64,000 bases of DNA from a virus. Made by a program: the position numbers and the translations under genes. How positions within the stretch are numbered: the first letter of the stretch is position 1; every line of letters begins with the position of its first letter. The stretch lies in the IMG/VR virus record IMGVR_UViG_3300021963_000030. The stretch is one strand, 5' to 3'. Below the pieces are notes generated by a model. The model was given only the letters and a program-made list of their open reading frames with translations, did no database searches and was not told the DNA's origin. Positions 29,246 through 37,556 of this stretch are shown piece by piece.

Positions 29246-30976
29246 ATGGACGTAAAGAGTCTACTAACAAATAATATGAATCCACAGGCAAAGCTTATGG
29301 CTGAAACCCGTGGTCTTCAAAGCAAGTGGGAAAAGACGGGTCTTCTAGAAAACACCACAGGTGTTGAGAAGGCACACATGTCAATCCTCTTGGAAAACCA
29401 AGCAAAGCAATTGTTGGACGAAGCTTCAACAACCGGCACAAGCGCAAACAGTGAACAATGGGCAGGCGTTGCTCTTCCATTGGTCCGTCGTGTATTTGCT
29501 GAGATCGCTGCTAAGGAATTCGTATCGGTTCAACCAATGAATCTCCCAAGCGGTCTTATCTTCTACTTAGACTTCAAGTATGGTTCCGGCACTCAATTGG
29601 GTCACACTGCAGGCGAAAGCTTGTTCGGTGGTAACCAAAAGAAGCTCGGTTCGACTGATGCTCCTGTGAACGGTCTCTATGGCCAAGGACGTTACGCTTA
29701 TTCTGAGCGCACCGTTTCTAGCTCAAACGCAACTGTTCTCGTAGCTACTGCAAGCTGGAACGATCTCCAATTCGATTCTGCTTTCAGTGCTTCCGTAAAC
29801 GGTTCTGGTAACGTTCCAGGTATCTACAAGATCACCTTTAACCTCGACGACAACACTGAAGCAAAGCCAGGTTCCGGTAACCTCTGGAACGTTGACTTGA
29901 ATGCAGTTCGTTCGTTCGGTGTTCAAAGTTCCGCAGGTGTAGCTCGCACTGTATTGAACACTTACGCAACCGCAGTTAACACTGGTAGCTTGGCAAACCC
30001 ATACTATCAAATTAACTTGTTCGTAAGTCAATCTGCTGGTGCTGCTGCTCCAACTACTACCCAACGTTTGAACTACACTGTTCAACCTTCGGACAACCTC
30101 CGTGGTGACTTCGAAGATGGTAAGACCGCTGGTGAAGGTTCTGGTGTTGCTAACAACGTCTATACCCAATCTATCGGAACTGACATCAAGATCCCAGAAG
30201 TCAACCTTGAGTTGAAGAGCGAACCAATCGTTGCTAAGACTCGTAAGTTGAAGGCAGTCTGGACCCCAGAACTCGCTCAAGACTTGAACGCATACCACTC
30301 TATTGATGCAGAAGCAGAACTTACTGCTCTCTTGAGTGAATATGTTTCGATGGAAATCGACCTCGAAATCCTCGACATGTTGAACGAGTCTGTAACTGGT
30401 CAAACCACTGAAGCTTGGTCCGCCCAAATCGGAACTGAATTCAGCAAGACCATCAATAACACTACCGATGTGGCTTCGTTCACACGTAATGTTAATGCTT
30501 CACCAAACAGAACCGCTTACGTAAAGAGCACTTGGTTCCAAACTCTTGGTAACAAGATCCAAAAGGTCTCTAACAAGATTCACCAATTGACTCTCCGTGG
30601 TGGTGCTAACTTCTTGGTCTGCTCCCCAGACGTTGCAACAATCTTGGAGTCTATCCCAGGTTACGTTGTAAACACTGATGGTGACCAAGCTAAGTTCGCA
30701 ATGGGTGTAAGCCGTGTTGGTAGCTTCGCAAGTCGCTTCCAAGTGTATAAGAACCCATACATGACCGATAACGCTATCCTCGTTGGTTTCCGTGGTAGCA
30801 ACTTCTTGGAGACTGGTGCTGTGTATGCCCCATACATCCCACTCATCCAAACTCCATTGGTCTATGATCCAACCAACTTCACTCCACGTAGAGGTGTAAT
30901 GACCCGCTACGCTAAGAAGGTTGTTCGTCCTGAGTTCTACGGTAAGGTCTTGATCGCTGATCTCGACACCGTATAA
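29246..30976 (+). CDS. Major capsid protein (gp23-like)
   Basis: LPLVRRV, VQPMNLPSGLIFYL, AKTRKLKAVWTPELAQDLNAYHSIDAEAEL, YAPYIPL, GVMTRY. Confidence 0.97.
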   Translation: MDVKSLLTNNMNPQAKLMAETRGLQSKWEKTGLLENTTGVEKAHMSILLENQAKQLLDEASTTGTSANSEQWAGVALPLVRRVFAEIAAKEFVSVQPMNLPSGLIFYLDFKYGSGTQLGHTAGESLFGGNQKKLGSTDAPVNGLYGQGRYAYSERTVSSSNATVLVATASWNDLQFDSAFSASVNGSGNVPGIYKITFNLDDNTEAKPGSGNLWNVDLNAVRSFGVQSSAGVARTVLNTYATAVNTGSLANPYYQINLFVSQSAGAAAPTTTQRLNYTVQPSDNLRGDFEDGKTAGEGSGVANNVYTQSIGTDIKIPEVNLELKSEPIVAKTRKLKAVWTPELAQDLNAYHSIDAEAELTALLSEYVSMEIDLEILDMLNESVTGQTTEAWSAQIGTEFSKTINNTTDVASFTRNVNASPNRTAYVKSTWFQTLGNKIQKVSNKIHQLTLRGGANFLVCSPDVATILESIPGYVVNTDGDQAKFAMGVSRVGSFASRFQVYKNPYMTDNAILVGFRGSNFLETGAVYAPYIPLIQTPLVYDPTNFTPRRGVMTRYAKKVVRPEFYGKVLIADLDTV

Positions 30977-31005
30977 TTTGGATCGGGTCTAAATTATTAA
31001 CAACG

Positions 31006-31040
31006 AACCCATCAGTCGAAAGGCTGGTGGGTTTTTTCTT
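31006..31040 (+). terminator. Rho-independent terminator after major capsid
   Basis: AACCCATCAGTC-GAAA-GGCTGGTGGGTT (12-bp stem with G-U pairs), then a T run. Confidence 0.88.
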
Positions 31041-31819
31041 TGATATGTATAGTTATGAATTTTGTTACATACATAAACTATACTGATGTTTACGACGATT
31101 CAGATTATTTGTCTTATTGTATAAGAACTAGTAAAGTATTGGTTATTAAGAATCATAGATCTATTACATCAGTAATAGATGATACTACCAGATCTGTGTC
31201 TAAATTTGGTCGTATGGTAAACATAGACGAAGATTTGAAGTCTGGTAAAACAACAGACCAATTATTTATGGAGATTAGTTTTGACCCAGAACAACAGTTT
31301 CAATATCGAACTGCTAAATCCCATCAACCGTTACATACAGACTTTAGTTATTTGCCTGTGAACAATACAATTCAATTTTTAATGTGTATGAAACAGGCTC
31401 CGATTGGTGGCGCAACTACATTTATAGACACACGTAGATTGGTAGAATTAATGAATATGGACGGTGAAACTAAAATGTATGAAGATTTGTTGACTATACC
31501 AGTTTCACATTCAAAAGGCGATTTAATCAAGACACAGCCTATATTGGAAGTAATTGAAGATGATTATAAAATAAATTGGAATTATCAACCCGCAATACGT
31601 GCTAAAAATACCGATCAGGCAAAAACATTAATTCAGTATTTCAAAGATTGGTTGGATAATCGTATTGAAAAATCTGGATTATTGACACCAGTATTGTTAG
31701 AAACAAACGATACTGTGTTTTTTCACGACTACCGTGTGTTGCATGGTAGAAATAGTTATTTTGCTAATGTCAAAGGAGATAGACGTTTGGTTAAAGGAAC
31801 GCTAGTATTTAATCAGTAA
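31040..31819 (+). CDS. TauD/TfdA (clavaminate synthase-like) Fe(II)/2-oxoglutarate dioxygenase
   Basis: PLHTDFSY (HxD), GGATTFID, VFFHDYRVLHGR (distal H...R). The real start may be ATG 31055. Confidence 0.8.
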   Translation: MICIVMNFVTYINYTDVYDDSDYLSYCIRTSKVLVIKNHRSITSVIDDTTRSVSKFGRMVNIDEDLKSGKTTDQLFMEISFDPEQQFQYRTAKSHQPLHTDFSYLPVNNTIQFLMCMKQAPIGGATTFIDTRRLVELMNMDGETKMYEDLLTIPVSHSKGDLIKTQPILEVIEDDYKINWNYQPAIRAKNTDQAKTLIQYFKDWLDNRIEKSGLLTPVLLETNDTVFFHDYRVLHGRNSYFANVKGDRRLVKGTLVFNQ

Positions 31820-32585
31820 AAAATTCGTTACTATTATCGACAATAACTTCTTGTATTTGTTCTTTGAACGACGTTGTTTTTGGATAAGGTAATAGTTTGT
31901 GTATGAGAGATTTGGTCAACTTCTTATTCTCAATCTTATTACTAATGAACTTGATGTAACGGTGTTTGCCACTCTCACGTTTGCGCCAGAACGTCTTTCC
32001 GATGCGTTCCTTAAGTTTGTCCACATTGTGTGTTTTCCACCTTCCATAGACGTTTCTGCTATGAATCCAATCATAATTTGGAGGTCCAACAAGACTGACA
32101 CTATAGTTCGGCATTAGTGCGATATCCACATAATTGTCTCCTTGATATAGAAAACCAGTGGCTTGATAAATGGTTCCAGCATGACCAACCTCGCTATCAG
32201 CATAACTCAAAATACACTTAATTTGAGGATATTCTGTGTTCAAATGTCTAAAACTTTCGGCTATACAGAAACTTTCTATGTTGCCACCATGACCGTCTTC
32301 TATCCATAATCTGGTCAATTCAAAGACGTTATCGTTGGTCAATAGTGGACTAATACTGGTGCTGGAATTACGTCCTACAGCGTTACCATATACAAGAACT
32401 CCAATCAATTTACTGTCAAAACCGCCGAAGAATGTGCTTTCTATGTAGTCTTTGGTATACACACCGTATGCTACAGAACAACTGGTCCACTTGTGTGTAT
32501 AGTGGTTCTTTTCAATCAAATTACGTGCTACCGATTTGTTGATCGGTTTCAAATAAATTAATGATGTGTCACAATATTTTGACAT
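31809..32585 (-). CDS. Mom-like GNAT DNA-modification enzyme
   Basis: ELTRLWI...NIESFCIAES...ILSYAD...GHAGTIYQATGFLYQG parallels phage Mu Mom. Start moved to MSKYCD (32585) on promoter position. Confidence 0.72.
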   Translation of the reverse strand: MSKYCDTSLIYLKPINKSVARNLIEKNHYTHKWTSCSVAYGVYTKDYIESTFFGGFDSKLIGVLVYGNAVGRNSSTSISPLLTNDNVFELTRLWIEDGHGGNIESFCIAESFRHLNTEYPQIKCILSYADSEVGHAGTIYQATGFLYQGDNYVDIALMPNYSVSLVGPPNYDWIHSRNVYGRWKTHNVDKLKERIGKTFWRKRESGKHRYIKFISNKIENKKLTKSLIHKLLPYPKTTSFKEQIQEVIVDNSNEFFTD

Positions 32586-32591
32586 AATAGT

Positions 32592-32620
32592 ATCATAAAT
32601 GAGAGTGGTGAAATACACAA
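32592..32620 (-). promoter_or_regulatory. Sigma70-like promoter for Mom-like gene
   Basis: Minus strand TTGTGT-17 nt-TATGAT, 6 nt before ATG 32585. Confidence 0.55.
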
Positions 32621-32651
32621 GTTTTTATAGTGACGATGGATATTTATAGGT

Positions 32652-33578
32652 ATGAGAAAACTATTTACACTATTTTTGGCTTCATTTTTATTGGTCGGAG
32701 GATGCAAAACTTCTAACCAAGAGAAGGTTCAAAAGACAAAAGATGGTCTTGCAAATACCCGTGTTGAGATGGCAAAAAATGAAGGAGAGAAGTTACAACA
32801 AGTTGCTACGTTAGCTAGTGGAACTGATTATTCTCTCAAATCGGTGACCAATCCTCCCGTTCAAGTCAAGACTGCTATTGACTTTAATAGTAGGATTTTG
32901 AACATTACTGGCAACCCAAATATTGACGAATTGAACAAAATAAAGGAACTTACAGACCTTTTGAATAGTGAGGTGGAAAAGGAAAAACAAAAGGGTAGTA
33001 AATTACTCAAGGAACGAGATGATGAAATTTTGTCTCTTCAAATAAGACAAGAAGAGATTCAGAATGTGTATGAAGAACAAATAAAAGGTCTTGAAACACA
33101 GGCTTCTCAAGTGGCAAAAAAGGCAGATGCTTTGCAGGTTACTGTGGATGAAGTCAATAGTTGGATGGGTCTTGGTGGAGTGATGTATGGACTAAAAAGA
33201 TTCGTTACAATAGGGGTTACTGGCATATTGATATTCTTGATAGCATTCATAGTATTAAGATTTTTGGCCGCTGCAAATCCAATTGCTGGAGCTATTTTTA
33301 GTGTATTTGAACACATTGCTTCGTATGCGATATCGTTGATTAAGGGTATAGCTCCTAGATCTATAGACTTTAGTAATTTGACTTCTAGTCTAGAATTCAC
33401 CAGATACAAGACCACTTTGGATAGTGTTGTTGACACTATTGAAGTAATGAAAACTATAGAAAAAAAGACTGGTGTGACCTATACACTTAAAGATTTGGGA
33501 GTTGAATTGGATAAGAATTTGAATGACTCTGACAAGAGATTAATCGGAGAATTAAAACTCACAAACAAATACGAATAA
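32652..33578 (+). CDS. Lipoprotein with coiled coil and C-proximal transmembrane helix (possible unimolecular spanin)
   Basis: MRK + hydrophobic + LVGG-C18 lipobox; coiled coil; TM GVTGILIFLIAFIVL near aa 185-200; TATTTATA at 32641-32648. Confidence 0.55.
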   Translation: MRKLFTLFLASFLLVGGCKTSNQEKVQKTKDGLANTRVEMAKNEGEKLQQVATLASGTDYSLKSVTNPPVQVKTAIDFNSRILNITGNPNIDELNKIKELTDLLNSEVEKEKQKGSKLLKERDDEILSLQIRQEEIQNVYEEQIKGLETQASQVAKKADALQVTVDEVNSWMGLGGVMYGLKRFVTIGVTGILIFLIAFIVLRFLAAANPIAGAIFSVFEHIASYAISLIKGIAPRSIDFSNLTSSLEFTRYKTTLDSVVDTIEVMKTIEKKTGVTYTLKDLGVELDKNLNDSDKRLIGELKLTNKYE

Positions 33579-33590
33579 TATTTATATCAT

Positions 33591-34193
33591 ATGATCAAAT
33601 TTAATGACCTTCTTGAAAATGAGGAGCTTTGTTCAATGAAGCTGCTTGAAAATGTAGAAATTACTTCTTATCTGAAGTATCACCTTGACAAAGAACTTTC
33701 TCTCAACGAGTCCATTTTTAGAACCTACAGCGAGTCTTACTTTGATTTGATCAACGAAGTTCGTAAGTTATATTATGACAATCTAATTGAACTGTGTGAT
33801 GCGGATGCTGAATTGGTCGAGAGTGATTTGGGCCAAAAGGTCGTTGTTGAAGGTCGAGAAATTTATTTGGATGCTCCTCTTGAAATTGAAGAAGACTTGG
33901 TAATGGAGGCAAAACATCGTGGCAAGAATGTTACTCTCAATAGACCAATAAGAACTCCAGGTGGTCCTAAAAAGTATGCGGTATATGTGAAAGCTAAGAA
34001 TGGTAAAATCAAGAAAGTAACATTTGGTGATCCTAATTTGAGAGTGAGAGGTCGTAGTAAAGCTCGCCGTAAGAGTTTTGCTGCTAGACACAAATGCAGT
34101 CAAAAGAAAGACAGAACAACGGCTGGTTATTGGAGTTGTCGCAGTCATCGCATTCGTAGTTTGGGTAACAAAGGAAGGGGTAAATACTGGTAA
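33591..34193 (+). CDS. Hypothetical head protein (MIKFNDLLE leader; basic C-terminal domain)
   Basis: C-terminal KKVTFGDP...RKSFAARHKC...AGYWSC; TATTTATA at 33579-33586. Confidence 0.7.
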   Translation: MIKFNDLLENEELCSMKLLENVEITSYLKYHLDKELSLNESIFRTYSESYFDLINEVRKLYYDNLIELCDADAELVESDLGQKVVVEGREIYLDAPLEIEEDLVMEAKHRGKNVTLNRPIRTPGGPKKYAVYVKAKNGKIKKVTFGDPNLRVRGRSKARRKSFAARHKCSQKKDRTTAGYWSCRSHRIRSLGNKGRGKYW

Positions 34194-34197
34194 ATTT

Positions 34198-35502
34198 ATG
34201 GTAAAACTAATAGACATATTGGTAGAAAATCCAGACACGGTGTATTATAAGAAAAAGACTTATAATTACAACACTCCTGCGAACAAGTGTGCTTTCTTTA
34301 TTTACAAGGATAAAAAGACAAAGAAAGAGACTACGTTTGGATACAGTATTATCAAGAGGGAATTCTATTGCACCAATCCCGATGTGTTAAAAGAAATCAA
34401 AGAGTTGGAGAATGCACCCAAAATAAAAATGGGTTCTTCTGCCGATGATAACAGTCGATATTGGGCCCAGCGTGGTATAGAAGACATTAAAAATAGAAAC
34501 AACGGTGGTGGTCATTTAGCATTAGAAAACATACTATCTGGATTGGGTCGTTGGGTTACTGACGATGATCTCACTTTAAAGGGTAGAATATTTGAAGTGG
34601 ATGACACAGTTGATACTAGTCCTAAAACTGGTTCACCAAATTTAGATATACAGATCGAATCTACCATACCCAGTGGCAAAGCTATCATTGTAACCTTCTG
34701 GTCGTATAACAGAGATAATGTAGCACCATGGAAAGATCAAATAGATCATGTTGTTGAATTCAATAACTTTAAACCAGAAGAATGTCTGTATGAGTTGGGT
34801 AGTAGGGTGATGACATTTAGTGAGTTGTATGGTGGTAAAGAAGAACCCAAGAAGGAACCAACACCATCGACACCTAAACCACAATCTAATGATAGTGAGT
34901 CTGCAAAGTATTTTAAAGTTGGAGACAGAGTAAAATTGAAAGGTATGAAGATCTTTGGTGATGTTGTATCTATGGATGGCAATAATATCACTATAAAAAT
35001 AACTGACACCGATATGCCCACAGTTGCACCAAAAGATGTTGAGAAAACTATTTCTTACGTATTTTTGGAACCTGATAATACGCCAGCTGGATTATCATTA
35101 GAGAAAGTTATTGATGATAAGACACAAGAGTTTGTTGAAAAAAGAGGAAAACTTCATACAACAGGAGCGAAATTTACGCCTGCTGAAAAGGCTAATTTAG
35201 AAAAAGAAGTAGATAGTTTAGAAATCGAATTAAAAATGTTAAACAACTACTTGACGAACGGCGTGAAGATTTATACAGACGAATTGAAAAATTTAGTGAA
35301 TCGTTCTGTTCAACGTAAATTACACGATAAAGAAAAAGAAAAGCTTGACAGATACAGTTTAGCAGCTCAGGCTGAGAAACAGTATGGCATGCCGATTGCG
35401 CAAATACGTCAAAAATACAGAGGTGTGCCTTTGGATCAATTGGTAAAGAAAGAACATTTAATCCGTGAAATTGTTAGAAAATATGTTACTAAACGAAAAT
35501 AG
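34198..35502 (+). CDS. Hypothetical multidomain protein (MVKLIDILVE leader)
   Basis: Start re-assigned to ATG 34198, after the upstream stop. Contains an SH3/KOW-like FKVGDRVKLK segment and a helical C-terminus. Confidence 0.65.
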   Translation: MVKLIDILVENPDTVYYKKKTYNYNTPANKCAFFIYKDKKTKKETTFGYSIIKREFYCTNPDVLKEIKELENAPKIKMGSSADDNSRYWAQRGIEDIKNRNNGGGHLALENILSGLGRWVTDDDLTLKGRIFEVDDTVDTSPKTGSPNLDIQIESTIPSGKAIIVTFWSYNRDNVAPWKDQIDHVVEFNNFKPEECLYELGSRVMTFSELYGGKEEPKKEPTPSTPKPQSNDSESAKYFKVGDRVKLKGMKIFGDVVSMDGNNITIKITDTDMPTVAPKDVEKTISYVFLEPDNTPAGLSLEKVIDDKTQEFVEKRGKLHTTGAKFTPAEKANLEKEVDSLEIELKMLNNYLTNGVKIYTDELKNLVNRSVQRKLHDKEKEKLDRYSLAAQAEKQYGMPIAQIRQKYRGVPLDQLVKKEHLIREIVRKYVTKRK

Positions 35503-35998
35503 ACACGTTCAAAAAGGATGTCTAATGGCACAAGTGAGTCCTACTTATGGACCTCACGTTATTAGGCTTGGTAGAACCGCAATACCTCCTCAAATACTAT
35601 ATACCGATCCAAACGATCCTACGTATGGTTATGATGACGAACCACATGTTACTCTAAAATATGGCTTTGAGCCTGATTTGGATAGACTAAATGTTGCTCG
35701 TATATTAAAGGGTATCGGGCCATTTAATGTGGTTCTTAGAGCACTTAATTTGTTTGAAAATGACAAATTTGATGTGGTAAAGTTTGAGGTGGAAAAGTGT
35801 CCTATCTTAACAGAATTGAGACGTAGATGTGATGGATATCCTAACAGTGATAGTTATCCAGACTACAAACCTCATATGACCCTAGCTTATGTGAAGAAGG
35901 GCAGTTTCCCACATAAACGTGATAATCTTAATATAGCTTTACCAATTACAAGATTCAAATATAGTGGACCAAACGGAAAATACTTTATTAACCTATGA
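35465..35998 (+). CDS. 2H phosphoesterase (Acb1/T4 57B-like)
   Basis: Two HxT motifs: EPHVTLKYG and YKPHMTLAY. Confidence 0.8.
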   Translation: MKLLENMLLNENRHVQKGCLMAQVSPTYGPHVIRLGRTAIPPQILYTDPNDPTYGYDDEPHVTLKYGFEPDLDRLNVARILKGIGPFNVVLRALNLFENDKFDVVKFEVEKCPILTELRRRCDGYPNSDSYPDYKPHMTLAYVKKGSFPHKRDNLNIALPITRFKYSGPNGKYFINL

Positions 35999-36498
35999 TC
36001 AAATTTAAAGATATACTCAAAGAAGTTGCTAACGCCGATATTAATCAAATTGCCTCTTCTCTAGAATTTAAACCAGTAACCAAACAAAAGTTGGTGTATA
36101 AATACGTAGAAGACGGTAAGCCTGGTGAAATGCCTCCGATGACATACACTAAGGCTACGGTTCAACAGCCTGTTGTTACCGTTACTACCGATGGTAAGGA
36201 GACACAAAATACGGCAGAAGTGGGTGACATCATTTTCAGTGGTGCTACCGGCGAAAACTATGTAATCAAATCAGCTAAGTTACCAAAATTATATACTGGT
36301 AATGTTGGTGGTGATATCTATCCAGAACAGTCTCCAAGACAAGTTGCATTGTATACCGGAGAACCTGTGACATTCAAAGCTCCGTGGGGAGAAGATATGA
36401 TTATCAAACCAGGTGACTATTTGGTCAAAGATCCAGCTAATACTGGTTATTATAGAATTGCTAAAGTAGAATTTGAAAAGACATATAATCCTCTATGA
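35995..36498 (+). CDS. PGDYG-like protein with MIKFKDILKE leader
   Basis: Duplicated T.DG.E..A..GD.I..G..GE.Y / APWGEDMIIKPGDYLV...YRIAKVEFEKTY pattern. Confidence 0.6.
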   Translation: MIKFKDILKEVANADINQIASSLEFKPVTKQKLVYKYVEDGKPGEMPPMTYTKATVQQPVVTVTTDGKETQNTAEVGDIIFSGATGENYVIKSAKLPKLYTGNVGGDIYPEQSPRQVALYTGEPVTFKAPWGEDMIIKPGDYLVKDPANTGYYRIAKVEFEKTYNPL

Positions 36499-37493
36499 TC
36501 AAGTTGATGGATTTATTGAAAGAAGGTGGTAAACTATTTGGTAGTAGAGCCAGTAGAGTTACTACTTCTGAGATGAACAGTATTTTTGATGAACTCAAGA
36601 ATCAACTGGGTAATGACTTTAGCAAGTTTGAGTTGAGTAAAGCACTACCATCCAAACAAGATCACGGTGATATTGATATTGTGTTGACTGGATCGTCTGG
36701 TGATATCAAGAACACGTTGTTATCTAATTTGGGTAATAAGGTGAAGGATTATAGTCGTAACGGAAATATCTATAGTGTTCTTTACAAGTCTGATTTGGGT
36801 AAGGATGTTCACGTAGACTTTTTGTATGCGGATACCGACGATGACTTTGACGCACAAAAGACTTATTTAGCTCTAGGAGACTTTAGTGGTATATTGGGTG
36901 TAATGGCCAGACAAAATGGTTACAAGTATGCTACTACAGGCTTTCAAAAGATTTATGTAGACAAGAGTGGTAGACATCACGATATACTAATAACCAAGAA
37001 TCTAAAAGACGGTTTGAAGATATTGGGTTACGGTGATGTATTAAACACATATGACAATATTCAGAACAATGATGATGTTGTGAAGTTTATTAGTAGCAGT
37101 CCATTGTTTGACAGTGACAACTATAAAGGTCAAACTATGAATCATAGTGATCGTAAGAGAGTCAGATCTGGTAGACCTAGCGCTGATTATATCCGTAAGT
37201 CATTAATAGGTTTAAATAAACATAGAACCATAGATGATCCAGATTATTTCTTGAAGAAGTTGTTTCCAGACAAGTATCAAGCTTATTTGGATAAGATCAA
37301 AGAAATAGAATCGTTTACCCCAGTCAAATCCAAATATGGTGGTGAATGGATTATGCAAAATTTTAATGTCAAACCTGGGCCAGTATTGGGTAAAATCAAA
37401 CAATTCTGGACACAAAAGTATGGCGATCAATTAGATAATGTCCCAGAAGATCAATTACGTAGCGACACTGATATGTATATTAAGTCTATATAA
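36495..37493 (+). CDS. Pol-beta superfamily nucleotidyltransferase-like protein with MIKLMDLLKE leader
   Basis: KQDHGDIDIVL and VHVDF; C-terminal GGEWIM...VKPGPVLGKI resembles CCA/poly(A) polymerase tails. Confidence 0.6.
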   Translation: MIKLMDLLKEGGKLFGSRASRVTTSEMNSIFDELKNQLGNDFSKFELSKALPSKQDHGDIDIVLTGSSGDIKNTLLSNLGNKVKDYSRNGNIYSVLYKSDLGKDVHVDFLYADTDDDFDAQKTYLALGDFSGILGVMARQNGYKYATTGFQKIYVDKSGRHHDILITKNLKDGLKILGYGDVLNTYDNIQNNDDVVKFISSSPLFDSDNYKGQTMNHSDRKRVRSGRPSADYIRKSLIGLNKHRTIDDPDYFLKKLFPDKYQAYLDKIKEIESFTPVKSKYGGEWIMQNFNVKPGPVLGKIKQFWTQKYGDQLDNVPEDQLRSDTDMYIKSI

Positions 37494-37556
37494 GGACAAA
37501 CTTTGCTTTTATATTAAATGACGGTATGTATGATTTTTAAATATTTATATTAAACT

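Noticed and set aside
20240-30976. Introns, inteins or homing endonucleases in terL, portal or capsid
   Set aside because: The ORFs are continuous, with no intein, HNH, GIY-YIG or LAGLIDADG motifs seen.
31040-31819. Dioxygenase as the prolyl hydroxylase partner of the GT60 enzyme
   Set aside because: Its motifs are TauD/CAS-type rather than P4H-type, and it lies about 28 kb away, so Thr is the simpler acceptor.
34078-34197. Track start extensions (34078, 42218, 28054, 32618, 27405)
   Set aside because: They overlap neighbouring genes and bury better starts defined by promoter motifs, leader tags or gene overlaps.
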